Source: Somniosus microcephalus (taxonomy: Eukaryota). Taken from it: DNA of 64,000 bases. Position numbers and translations under genes: made by a program. The stretch's first letter is position 1. Each line of letters opens with the position of its first letter. Positions 13,480 to 26,435 of this stretch are shown here, piece after piece. Under the pieces are notes generated by a model. It was given only the letters and a program-made list of their open reading frames with translations. It was not told where the DNA came from and did not search any database. The stretch covers positions 60,264,001 through 60,328,000 of the forward strand of contig CM126219.1 of assembly GCA_052327205.1 (NCBI GenBank), given 5' to 3'.

Positions 13480-15250
13480 AAATCCTTACCTCCATCCTTG
13501 ATGCCTTTTGTAACCAGCCAAACCTTCACTGGCTCCCATCCCCATGGCATCTTTGTCCCCTCAAGTCCAAGAGGTGCAAACTGGAGTGTGCTTTGTGCAC
13601 AACTTGCTTAGCCATCCATAGTCAGATGTGGCTGGACCACATCAAGCTGTACTAAAACTATCCACTACTGCAGGAACATCGTGGAGGGCAAAGATAACTA
13701 CAGGCTCCTTTTCGCCACGGCCAACCGTCTCTTTACACTCCTCCCATGCTCCTTTCACGCTCACTTCTAACAAGTGCGAGGAGCTCAAGGAATGATTGTC
13801 ACAAAGGTAGATCCATTCAGCTTCCTCTGCTAATTCCCTTCCCCTCCTACTTCCCTACTAAGTCAAACCTGCCTGCACCCTTAGCTACATGCTAGTCCTT
13901 GGTGACATCATCTAAAAACATGGGCTCAGCTTCCACATGTCTGCTGCTGATACTTAACTCGACCTCTTTACTACCTCTTGACCCCTCCACTGCTTTTATG
14001 CTGTCAGACCTCTTGTCCAACATATACTCTTAGATGAGCCGTAATTTTCTCCAAATTAACATTGGAAAGACCGAAGCTATCGTCTTTGGCCCTCACGATA
14101 AACGTTGCTCTTTCACCAACGACTCTATTCCCCTTCCAATCTACCTTGAGATAAACCGGACTGTTTGCAACTGTGGCGTTCTATCTGACTCTGAATTAAG
14201 TTTCTGACCCAGTATACTTTCCATTTGAAAGACTACCTACTTTCAGTTCCATGACATCACCTATATCTGCCTTCATCTCAGCCTATCTGCTGCTGAAACC
14301 CTCGTACATGGCTTTACCACTTCTATACTTTATTATTCTAATACAGGTAGACTATCCTTTATCCGCACTTCTGAAAACCGAAAACCGAAAGTTTTTTCGT
14401 GGAGCGTAAGTCGTGCGCACGACATTACCCGAGTGGCGCCAAACATGACCTGACGCAGCCGATGCTTGACCCACGCAGGTGTGAGGCGTCAGACATTAAG
14501 CGGTCTAACCAGTGGTCATTAAAGAGCATGCTAGAGGCTGTTCAAAAACTGGCTCAGCAAATTTAACATTTTTACTTTGTGGGCCCTAGAGTAGCAGGAG
14601 TGGTCCTCCGGGGCCCAGAACAAGAATTCCTGCACGCTGCCTCTTTTCTGACCTGATTTGCGGGCCAGCTTAGCATAGGAGTCAGCCGATATCCGGCTTT
14701 CCCACAACTGGCGGCGGCAGTCGAGCCCCAGACCCCCGCTAAGTCAAGGAATTCAGATACGGAGCAGGGGGAGCTGTAAACAGACTGAGCGGCAGCACAG
14801 AGAAGCAGGAAGGGGAATGAGACACGGAACAGTCGCAAGAGGTATCCTGAACTTTTAACATTTATATTAAATACAAATACTAATTACCAAATTAATTTAA
14901 TGTTCAGAGTTTCCCAGCCTCATAATAAATATAATGCCGTTCTGAAATCCAAAAAATTCCAAATTCCGAAACACAGCTGGTCCCAAGGTTTTCAGATAAG
15001 GGATAGTCTACCTGTACTCTCCTGGCTCGTCTCCTATCCTTCACGCTGTGTAACCGTCATCTCATCCAAAACTCTGCTGCTCATATTCTATCATACCAAG
15101 TCCCACACTCGCCTATCACCGCTGTCCTCACTGACTTCCATTGGCTCCTGGTCCCCTAGCGCCTCAAACTTAACATTCGCATGCTTCTGTTTAAATGCAT
15201 CCATGGCCATGCCCCTCCCTAACTCTGTAACCTCCTATAGCCCTATAACC
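13480..15250 (+). mobile_element. Degraded L2 LINE interrupted by a Tigger-like element
   Basis: RT remnants (ttccacatg..gctgatact; aacattggaaagaccgaagct); frame LYYSN|TLLA is restored when 14344-15014 and one TA are removed. Confidence 0.8.
14344..15014. mobile_element. Non-autonomous Tigger/pogo-like DNA transposon (671 bp)
   Basis: TIR CAGGTAGACTATCC(T/C)TTATC at both ends, TA target duplication, no transposase ORF. Confidence 0.92.
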
Positions 15251-15265
15251 TGCCCCTGCCTTGTG

Positions 15266-17580
15266 GTGTTGGAGCTGCACTCATCCAGGCAAGTGGAGAG
15301 TATTCCATCGCCCTCCTGACTTATGCTTTGTAGGTGGTGGAAAGGCTTTGGGGAGTCAAGAGGTGAGTCACTTGCCACAAAATACCCAGCCTCTGACCTC
15401 CTCTTGTAGCCACAGTATTTGTGGCTGGTCTAGTTAAATTTCTGGTCAATGGTGACTCAAAGGATGTTGATGGGGGATTCGACAATGGTAATGCCATTGA
15501 ATATCAAAGGGAGGTGGTTAGACTCTCACTGGAGATGGCCATTGCCTGGCACTTATATGGCGTGAATATTACTTGCCACTAATCAGCCCAAGCCTGGATG
15601 TTATCCAAGTCTTTTAGGAGTTGAGAATGGAACTGAACACTGCAATCATCAACAAGCGTCCAACTTCTGACCTTTTATGATGGAAGGAAGATCATTGTTG
15701 AAGATGGCTGGGCTTCAGACACTGCCCTGAGGAACTCCTGCAGTGTTGTCCTCAGGCTGACCGCCAAAAACCACAACCATCTTCCTTTGTGCTAGGTATG
15801 ACTCCAGCCAGTGTAGAGTTTTCCCCCTGATCCCCATTGACTGCAGTTTTATTAGAGTATGGCATCAAGGAGCACTATCAAATGCTTCCTTGATGTCAAG
15901 GGCAGTCACTCTCCCCTCACCTCTGGAATTAAGCGCTTTTGTCCATGTTTAGACCAAGGCTTAATGAGGTCTGGAGCCGAGTGGTCCTTGCGGAACCCAA
16001 ACTGGGCGTCAGTGAACAGGTTATTGGTGAGCACGTGCCTCTTGATAGCACTGTTGATGACCATCACTTCGCTGATGATTGAGTAGGCTGATCGGGATTG
16101 GCCGGATTGTATTTGTCCTTTTTGTGGACAGGACATACTTAGGCAATTTTCCGCATTGCCGGGTAAATGCCAGTGTTGTAGCTAAACTGGAACAGCTTGG
16201 CTAAAGGCTTGGCTAGTTCTGGAACACAGGTGTTCAGTGCTACAGCCGGGATGTTGTCGGGGGCCATAGCCTTTGCTGTATCCAGTGTGCTCAGCCATTT
16301 CTTGAAATCACGTGGAGTGAATCACATTGGCTGAAGACTGTCATCTGATGGTAGGGAGGCCGAGATGGATCATCCACTTGGCACTTCTGGCTGAAGATGG
16401 TTGCGAACGCTTCAGCCTTGTCTTTTGCACTCGTGTGCTGGGCTCTACCATCATTGAGAATGGGGATATTCATGGAGCCTCCTCCTCCCATTAGTTGTTT
16501 AATTGTCCACCACCATTTATGAATGGATGTGGCAGGACTGCAGAGCTTTGATCTGATCCGTTGGTTGTAGGATCGCCTAGCTCTATCTATATAGCATGCT
16601 GCTTCCACTGTTTAGCATGCATGTCGTCCTGTGTTGTAGCTTCACCAGGTTGGCACCTCATTTTCAGCTATGCCTGGTGCTGCTCGTGGCATGCTCTACT
16701 ACTCTCCTCATTGAACCAGGGTTGCTCGCCTGGCTAGATGGTAATGGTAGAGTGAGGGATATGCTGTGCCATGAGGTTACAGATTGTGGTGGAACACAAT
16801 TCTGCTGCTGCTGATGGCCCACAGCACCTCATTGATGCCCAGTTTTGAGCTGCAGGATCTGTTCTGAATCTATCCCATTTGGCCTGGTGGTAGTGCAACA
16901 CAACACGATGGATTGGTCACTCCTATCAATACTGTCATGGACTGATGCATCTGCGATACGTAGATTGGCGAGGAGGAGGTCATGTAGGTTTTTCCCTCGT
17001 GTTGGTTCTCTCGCCACCTGCCGCAGGCCCAGTCTAGCAGTTATGTCCTTCAGGATTCGGTCAGTAGTGGTGCTACCAAGCCACTCTTGGTGATGGACAT
17101 TGAAGTCCCCCACCCAGAGTAAATTCTATGCTCTTGATACCCTCAGTGCTTCATCCAAGTGGTGTTCAACGTGGAGGAGTACTGATTCATCAGCGGAAGG
17201 AGGGTGATGGCTGTTAATTAACAGTAGGTTTCTGTGCCCATGTTTGACCTGATGCCTGGAGTGTTGAGGACTCTCGGGACCACTCCTTCCCAACTGTGTA
17301 CTACTGTGCCGCCGCCTCTGGTAGGTCTGTCCTGCCGGTGGGACAGGGCATACCCAGGGATGGTAGTGGAGGAATCTGGGACATTGCCTAAAGTTTGATT
17401 CTGTGAGTGTGACATGTCAGGCTGTTGCGTGAGTAGTCTGTGGGGTAGCTCTCCCAATTTTGGCAAAAGCCCCCAGATGTTCGTGAGGAGGACTTTACAG
17501 GGTCGACTGGGCTGGGTGTGCCATTGTTGTGTCCGAATCCAATGCCTAGGTCGAAGCCAAGTGGTCCGTCTGGTTATATT
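15266..17580 (-). mobile_element. CR1-clade LINE ORF2 remnant (APE endonuclease + RT), same family as 5721-7025
   Basis: RQDRPTRGGG, GDFNVHH, QFGFRKDHSAPDLI peptides; many frameshifts. Confidence 0.9.
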
Positions 17581-17602
17581 CTTAACGGTGTACATATAAG
17601 AT

Positions 17603-17800
17603 TCCGTGCCACTATTTGAAGAAGAGCAGGAGAGCTCTCCTGGTGTCCTCTGCATCATTTATCACTTGCCCAATATTAAACATCATCTGGTCATTTCTCA
17701 TTGCTGTTTGTTGGACCTTGTGCACAAATTACTTCATTGACTGTGAAATGCTTTGGGATGCCCTGAGCATGCGAGAGGTGCTATATAAATGCAAGTTATT
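17603..17800 (+). mobile_element. 3' half of a Deu-domain SINE
   Basis: tatttgaagaagagcagg...gctatataaatgcaag aligns with 11320-11565. Confidence 0.75.
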
Positions 17801-18323
17801 TGTTCTGATATTTGGTTTTCTAGTCATTTTTTTCTTTTCACTGCAGCTTTAAATGCCATCATTTTTTTAAAAAAAGTGCTGCTGCTCTGCAGTTCTGTCT
17901 GCTCAACTGTAAAGGAAGTTTCCAACTGGTTACTCTTAACAGCTGCTCGTTCAGTTGGTGTGTGCTCAACTCACTAGTACTGTTTAAAATTGAAGTGGCA
18001 GAGAGAGGAGCTGATGGTACGCACAGCTGTTGAACAACCGCCTGGAAACACTCTTCATTCTTGGGTGGACTGAGGCAGGACAGTGGACTGGCAGTTTAAA
18101 GCCTGCTGCTGAATTGAATGAAGAGGTAGTGAGTAGAGAAACTGGTAGCCAATAGGGTGAAAATCACAGGGTCTGTTGTAGAATGTTGGCATTATGACAA
18201 ATTACTTTGCCTGGTCATCAAGCATAACATGGTGTTGCATTGCACAGCAACAGTCTGCAGACTGAATAGTAGTTCATCAATAAACTTCACTTTGTGTGTG
18301 GGGGGGATTTCTGCATCATGTAG

Positions 18324-18605
<282 letters not shown>

Positions 18606-19509
18606 TGAAAGCCGGGTGTTTTTTTCCAAGCATCCCTATTCTGCACTTGCAATCAATTAAAAAGACAGCTTTCAGCTGCTGAATTTTTAACTTGCTCCTC
18701 ATTATCTTCAGTAATTATCTTCAATATATTCTTACCTGGCTATTTCTCTCTCTCTCCCTTCACCAAGCACAAGTGTTAACTGCATCAGTTGCAGTTTTGG
18801 AAACGGAATTGTTATGTATAGGTGTAGTCTGAACTGCTTGATGGCTAACCAGATGCATGTTTAAACAACGTGGGACGGGATACCAGATGTAGACGTAACT
18901 GGCAAACTCCTTTCCTTTCCCTTGAGGAGCTTTGGTGTGAATGTCAGACTGAAATTCAGTCTTGGGTGTTCCAGTTGCAGAATTTCTAGCATTTCACCCG
19001 TTGAGCTCTCGGCTTTTAAACTTCTGGTGCAACCCCGCAGTTGGTAAAAGTGGTTAACCAGTTATCTAACTTTCCTGTTTGTGAGTAGTGGTATATAGCT
19101 TAATGGAGCTTGTTCTCCTCCGAGTAGTTCTGGTCAGCCATAATGTTAATCCCAATACACATTGATTCCATGCTGTTCTGATTCTTGTATAGACTGCACT
19201 GTGAAGTAACTATTGTAGTGTCCGTTGCCTGCAAAATCCACCGACTCGCCAATGTAATCTTTACACAGCAAGAGAAGAAAGTCTCTTTTCAATCAATATC
19301 ACACAGCTACAGGCGTACTGCCTGCTCCCTCCCAGCTATTCCGTAAGAAGCTTTGTACAGCCGCCTGTTTCCCTGTTTTAGGATTTTCCTCCTGTTTCCC
19401 TGTTTCAGGGTTTTAAAATTATTTGTATGTTGCTCCCGATAAGGGATGACTTCGTTGCCAGACAGTTTGTTGGCCAACTGCAGTGCCAAAAACACATTTT
19501 AATCACTTC

Positions 19510-20552
19510 AACAAAAGCAAAATGCTGCGGATGCTGGAAATCTGAAATAAAAACAGAAAATACTGGAAATACTCAGCAGGTCAGGTAGCATCTGTGGCGA
19601 GAGAAAGAGTTAACGTTTCAGGTTGATGATCTTTCATCAGGATTGAAACTTTCAGCATGAAAGGTCATCGACCTGAAACGCTGGGGTCGATTTTCCCGAA
19701 CCTGTCGGGGAGAAGGGAGAAGGGTTTTTGACCCGCCTACTTTGACGTCCGGCCAATCCGCGCGATTTTCCCTTGATTGACCTTGTTGAGCCCGCTCAGC
19801 AGGCCAATTAAGGGCCACCCGGCAACAGGTGACGTCACAGACTGCAATTTCATCTGTCAAGATTTCTTGACAGATGAAATATCAGTGTTTCACAGCTGTT
19901 TGAAGCTGTGAAACACTGACACTGAGTTCTAACATGAGTCCTTCTGCACAGACTCAGTTAGAACTCTCAGCAGCACTCAAAGCTGAAGGCTTTCACTTTT
20001 CACAGATTGCAGCCGTTCAACTTTCAGTTCCGGCTGAATGATGCGCTCCCGACGGCTACAGGAAGAAAGGCTGTTAAGGGAAGTACAGGTAAGTAAAAGT
20101 TCTTTAAACACTTTAGACACACCAAACACACTTACCTTTGCACTCATGTACCCATCACTCACCTGAGCACCGACATTGCGACCCCTCCAACTCCTTCAAC
20201 CCGACGGCCCGCCTGCTCTAACCTGGCGTGGTTTGGAGCTGTCGGGAAACCCCTCAAAATAGGGATTAGGCTAAAAACTACCTGTTAACAGGCAGTTAAT
20301 TGGCACTAATCCCTTCCCGCCTGGTTTCGGCGGGTCCCAGTGCGGGGCGGGTACCCGCCGCCCCTGAAACTTACGTGGGGTGGGGTTTTGGGCGGGATGG
20401 TGTCGGGACCCCCAAATTCAGGATTTCCCCCCCCCCACACACACGCCTGAAACCCCGCCTGACGGCTCCACGAAAATCTAGCCCGTTAACTTTGTTTCTC
20501 TCTCCACAGATGCTACCTAACCTGCTGAGTATTTCCAGCATTTTCTGTTTTA
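19510..20552. mobile_element. Penelope-type inverted-repeat element, split by a Harbinger-like insertion
   Basis: Left arm 19545-19640 is the reverse complement of 19657-19680 + 20485-20550. Confidence 0.75.
19683..20484. mobile_element. Non-autonomous PIF/Harbinger-like element
   Basis: TIR GGGGTCGATTTTC / GAAAATCTAGCCC, 3-bp flanks GCT/GTT, empty site GAAAC-GTT-AAC. Confidence 0.8.
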
Positions 20553-21387
20553 ATTTTAAATACTTCAGATTGTATAATCTGAATTTGGTTAACAGTCTCT
20601 TCTTTCTTCCTTTCCCCTGCCTTAAAATAAAAGATTTTGAGGGCAAGTAATAGAAATTTGGAATTGACATTACCTTTAACAAAATATATTAAATGTTGGA
20701 GGGCACCTAATGTTGATGTTAATTCTATATGAACTGTAACCAGTTGCTATGCATGAAGGAATCTGTACAGTCGGCACCAATATTGAGAATTGAGGCTTAG
20801 TTAATCTTATTACACAAAGGGAATATTTAATAGTGTAATGTTGTTCTTGCCAAAATTCCTTTATAAACTTATCAAAAATAAGATGCTCTAATTAAACGAA
20901 TAATTTGCTGAGAGAGCTTCCCCCTCCCCCTCCGTGGTATAGGGCTATTTAATCCTGTTAATTTGAAACTCTAGAGTTGCCATAACCATCTTTTACATTT
21001 TAAAGAAATAGATTAATCATATTTGGAATTAAAAACCTAATCCTAGTTATTCTATTCTGAAGATTGACTTCCCCGTCACTTTTGTGATGTTCTAAAATGG
21101 AGTCAGAAAAATAATCTGGCCATTGGCAAGTTAAAAGTATGGGCTGAAGAAATCGAGTGTTCAGCTTTTTTTTGTGTAGTTGTGGTCTGTGCAGTTTTTA
21201 TGTAAGTTTTTCAGTGTTGGAAAACAAACTATTATTGGATCAACATAACTGGCCATATTCTCTGTACAATCCAAAGTACACACAATTAATGGATCGTATG
21301 TTTCTATTTCAGTGTTACTGTGCTGTCAAACTTTCACTATAGCTTGTGTGTGTGTTTGTTTGGAGAGTCATTTTTTTTCCTATTTAG

Positions 21388-21537
<150 letters not shown>

Positions 21538-22652
21538 TAATTGAAAATGAATATATTAAAATTTTCTGATTCCAGTTCTTCATATAAACCCCTTTTATAT
21601 ATTTTTTTTTAGCCATGAGGGCTGCCAGTCCCTCTTCCTTTAGCCCGTAGCTGTGATCATCTGATCGCAAAGCGCATTTAAGCAACACCAGGAATTATCA
21701 CCCTGGTATTCTTTCTCTTTGCTCTTCTCCACAACAGACTTAAGTATTTTTTGTTGCTAACAAACCTGACCATATACAAGACTGGTACTTTTTGAGTGTT
21801 AAGGACCTTAGAGCCTAAAACCTTTGACCTGGGTTTGCAGTAAACAGTTTCACCAAGCTCACCAGATTCACTTGGGCACCTGTTTTTAACCACTTGTAAA
21901 TGGTGCTGTTTCATCAGGATCTTTTAAAAATTGATATTGTGCAGTTGGCAAGAATTTAATATGTTGGTCAAGTCTGGATCATTCAGTCTTGTACATCTGG
22001 AAAGCATTGTTTTGTTTGTCAAGTCTACATAGTCGACTAAATAGTTCTTTAGTGCTTATAGAGAACTGTTAGCTTTGTTCTATAATGTGTTGTACAGATG
22101 TTTTATTATCTAATTTGTATAAAAGTGATGACGTTTTGTAGTTCAGACAGAAATGTGTGAACTAATCCTTCTGAATAATTTCAGTTGTTGCACTTATGTG
22201 GCTTTTTAGTCCCATTTATGAAAAATCTGCACAAAGCTCCCAGGTGGGTTAGTGGTTTTGCATTGAAATAAAGACTAGGTTTAATCTGTAGTTTGTGCTA
22301 ACTTAACTAATCGCTGATGGAGTGGCAGTGGGATTGCAAAAGTTGGCCCCATGGTTAAAGATGCAGCAAGTGATATTTTATCATCAAGGGTATCACAGCC
22401 AAGTCTGACACCCACATATGCAAATTTTCCTCATGGGGGTGGGGGTGTGGAGGATGGGGGGTGACGGAGAGAGCACAGGATAGCACTCAGCAGCTGGAAT
22501 GACTTCATTCCCCTCCCCTAGCAATGAGCTTAAGATCGGTGACTCCACAAAGACTAGGAATTAAATTCAGATCTTTCCGGACTTTATTGCGGAGTTCCAC
22601 ATTGGACAAAGCAGCTCACAGATACAATCTTAATGCAATGTTAAAGCATATA

Positions 22653-23106
22653 GGTGCAGAAATTCTGGAGGAGTTAGTTGATGAACGGCAGGGCAGAACT
22701 TCTACCCATCCACCTTGGAGGACCCTGACCAAATCGGAAATCCCAGGGTCAGACAACTTAACATATCTCTGGTGGGTGCCAGACAGTTTTCAGCGCAGTT
22801 AGTGCACCTACCTGGGAGGAATCTTGCTGTGATACTTTGCCACAGCAACAGTAGGCTATGGTGAGCCTCGTTTTTTAAAAATCCAAAAAATGGCTCCTCT
22901 CTGTAGGGAATGCGATCAATCATTCTGTGATCAATTGCATTGCAAAACTGGCCTGGGAATTCCGGAATTTCCCCCTTCTCTTTCTCCACCCAGCACACGA
23001 CCTCAGCAATGCTGTGGGTTAGTCATAGATATTCCTGACATCCAGTGCTACTAAAGGCATAAATGAGGGAAGTATATTGTATGATCCCCTCAGTAGATAT
23101 TGCACC
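22653..23106. mobile_element. Possible old Harbinger-like element
   Basis: Degenerate ends GGTGCAGAAAT / ATATTGCACC with ATA/TTA flanks. Confidence 0.35.
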
Positions 23107-24648
23107 TTACCCCCAACCCCTTTCGTTTTTCTCCATGTTCATTTTGATCTGCTGAATTAGGCTCCTCCGTTAATTCTGGAGCTGGTGTGTTAGACTGGAT
23201 TCTGCTAAATTATGGTGTTTTTAATCAAAGAGTGAAACCAGATCCGATGTATTTCAAATGTTATTGTCTTAAGTAGTTGGACTCGGATTGGTTATACCAG
23301 TAATCGAAACAACCTATGCCAACTTTGATGGGACATAGTAGACTGCTTTTAACTGCAGTTTCAATGAATCTTCCAAGAATTTCTTGAATTTAACTACTTG
23401 GGTTTTGATACGAAGTATTATTAAGCATATAATAATACCATTATTTGCAATTCTACTTTCAGATAAATTCTGTATTGGGAATTATGATTCTATAACTTGT
23501 TTCAACATTAGAAATTGATGGCTCTTCAGAATATTTTTTCTGCTGCACTTTGCCCTCCTCTCCCGAAGGCAGTGACTTATGCTGGTGTATCATTCCATAT
23601 TGTTTGCCCCCCAGTGCCTTGTCCAAGTGGCCATTCTCTATGCGCAAGTCTAGAAAGTGAGTGTTGGAAGACTGCTTAATGACGAGCCTGATCTTTTCTT
23701 CATCCAGTACTCAAAGGGGAACTTTCCAGTCTCCAGAGATCAGGAGAGGGAACTTTGGTTTATAATTTTCCTGTCTTCCCTTCTCTTTTTCTCTTTTCCC
23801 CCCCGCCATCATTGCTCAGCAGTACGGAGACCAATTGTATTGCTTCAACTGTAACCGCAACTAGAATTTGGTACAGACTAGGAATCTAACCCAGGATCCT
23901 CGAGTCTATACGGATGTTGCATCCCATATTTATAAACTTAACCATTGGGGGAGCTTTGACTTTTTTTTAAAAAGAATGTTTATGGAATGAGGACATATCT
24001 AAGAAACATGTATTAGTTTAATGATGTTGTTTGGCCGTGTATAGCTTTACTTTGCAGACTGATGGGTTTGCCGGCTTCACCGGTTAATAAGTGACTCGTG
24101 CGTAACAAGATTAGTTACTACGCAAGGCATAACTGAGTACTTAATCCACAAGTGTATTAATCAGTAGAGGATTATTATTGTATGTTGTACTTCTCAAGCC
24201 CTGCTGATGAAAGGTTCTGTATTACCAGTTTCTGGAGAAAACTGTTAATCTTCACCCATGTTACATAAAAAGGACTTGAAGAATGAGAAGTGTTCAAAGC
24301 ACTGATGATTGCTGAAATTTGCTAAATGCATGCATACATCTCTTAAACATTCTGACAATAAAGCACACTAGTTATTCATTGGTTGATAGAACCTGCAGTG
24401 AGAGGGACTCGCCCAACCCCTGCCCGGTTTTCATTTTCCAGTTCATCCTCAGAAAACCTAGCTGCAACATGTAAACTGTACACTTGTCACTTAAGATGGT
24501 ACTCAAACTTGGGTCTCATTTGAGATTCCAGTGTTATAGCTACCTTAAAAACAAGTTCAGTATTTAGGAGTTCAGTATCTTAAAACAGTTAATAACAAAC
24601 CCAATATCACATTGTGCCTCTTTACTGATGTGCATTTATCTTGTTTAA

Positions 24649-24852
<204 letters not shown>

Positions 24853-24934
24853 TAAGCTTTTTAAAATACATAACTAAAAATTATTTGTGCGACAAAGCTC
24901 TTTGGAACTAGGTTTGGAAATTGTACTGTTGGAC

Positions 24935-25648
24935 CTTAAGGCTTCCACCTCCGTAACATTGCCCGACTCCGTTCCTGCCTCAGCTCATCTATGCTGAAAC
25001 CCTCATCCTTGCCTTTGTTATCTTTAGACTTGACTTTTCCAACACACCCCTGGCCGGCCCCCCATAAACTCATTCAAAATTCTGCTGCTTGTATCTCAAC
25101 TCTCACCAAGTCCCGTTCACCCATCACCCCTGTGCTCGTTGACATACAGTGGCTCCCGGTAAAGCAACGCCTTGATTTTAAATCTCATCCTTGTTTTCAA
25201 ATCCCTCTCATGGCCTCATCCTTCCCTATCTCTAACCTCCTGCAACCAATGTTCCATGTAGGCTGCGCAGCGCTCCAGGGAACCTGCACAGCCGGCTTGC
25301 CAGCTCTTCAATACAAAAACTGCACAGGGCCAAACAAAATTAGAGGGAACATTGCCTACAACCCTCCGAGATCTCTGCGCTCCTCCAATTCTGGCCTCTT
25401 GTGCGTCCCCGATTTTAATCACTCCACCATTGGTGGCCGTGCCTTCAACTGCTGAGGCCCTTAGCTCTGGAATTCCCTCCCTAAACCTCTCCGCCTCTCT
25501 ACCTCTCTTTCCTCCTTAACCTTAAAACCAATCTCTTTGACCAAACTTTTGGTCATCTGCCCTAATATCCCCTTATGGGACTCGAACACTCCTGTGCAGC
25601 GCCTTGGGATGTTTTACTACATTAAAGGCGCTATATAAATGCAAGTTG
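24935..25648 (+). mobile_element. L2 LINE 3' end
   Basis: IQNSAA..TKSRSPITPVL..WLPVKQRLDFK peptide; tail ggcgctatataaatgcaag. Confidence 0.88.
25247..25354. mobile_element. 108-bp hAT-type MITE nested in L2
   Basis: TIR CAATGTTCC(A/C)T(G/C)TA / TAGAGGGAACATTG; 8-bp flanks CCTGCAAC / CCTACAAC. Confidence 0.82.
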
Positions 25649-26263
25649 GTGGTGGTGGTTCCTAATTGGGACATTATTTCAAGCTACTTTTTATGCTATG
25701 CAAGAGCTGTGCTAGCACCTCTGGTTCCCAACATATGGTACAATTTCCGAATCCTTGCATAAAATAGGCATGCTGGTTGCTGTTCATGTGTGTTCCATAG
25801 ATAGAAGGAAACTCTATCCCATACTTTGAGTGATGAGAGATCAGACATGAGGAGTAAAAAACCTTTAGCTGGGAAAAGAAACTAAATGCCACAGATCCTA
25901 GGGATACAGACGTTAGAATGGGAGAGCACGTGCAGCACTTGTCTGTAATATCATGATATCTTCATATATGCCCAGTGCATGGCTTCCCCATAACCTATCA
26001 AGCCAGGCTATACTCTTACAAGGTGAAGGAATATTATGAAAAGTATTTGTATGTAAACCTAACTCTTTTCTGGTAGGCTATGCAAGGGGAGTGGGAGGTT
26101 TTTCACTGACTCATTGTGCATCTTTTGCTCCTCCTTTTGGAAAAAATATGATTGCAGCAGATGTGTGACTGCGCACAGCAGTAAGTGGAAATAAGTGCAC
26201 TGCTAGGTGTATATTTAAATCTGCTGATTCCATTCATAAAATAAACATTTAAATTTCTTGCAG

Positions 26264-26435
26264 TGTGAAATCCTGCTTTCAGAATATGGAGATCTGCAAA
26301 CGGCGAGTCAACAACTATGAAACGGTAAACCAGAATAAAAGCCCATTTATTGCACACGTTGCGCCGAACACAAGCACAAACTTGACGATGGCCTTCAATA
26401 ACCAACTCAACACCATGCACAACATGCACAATCAG
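26264..26435 (+). CDS. HIPK1: HIPK1 exon (172 nt): [57 protein letters not shown]
   Basis: ttgcag acceptor, CAG|gtatg donor, phase matches previous exon. Confidence 0.95.
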
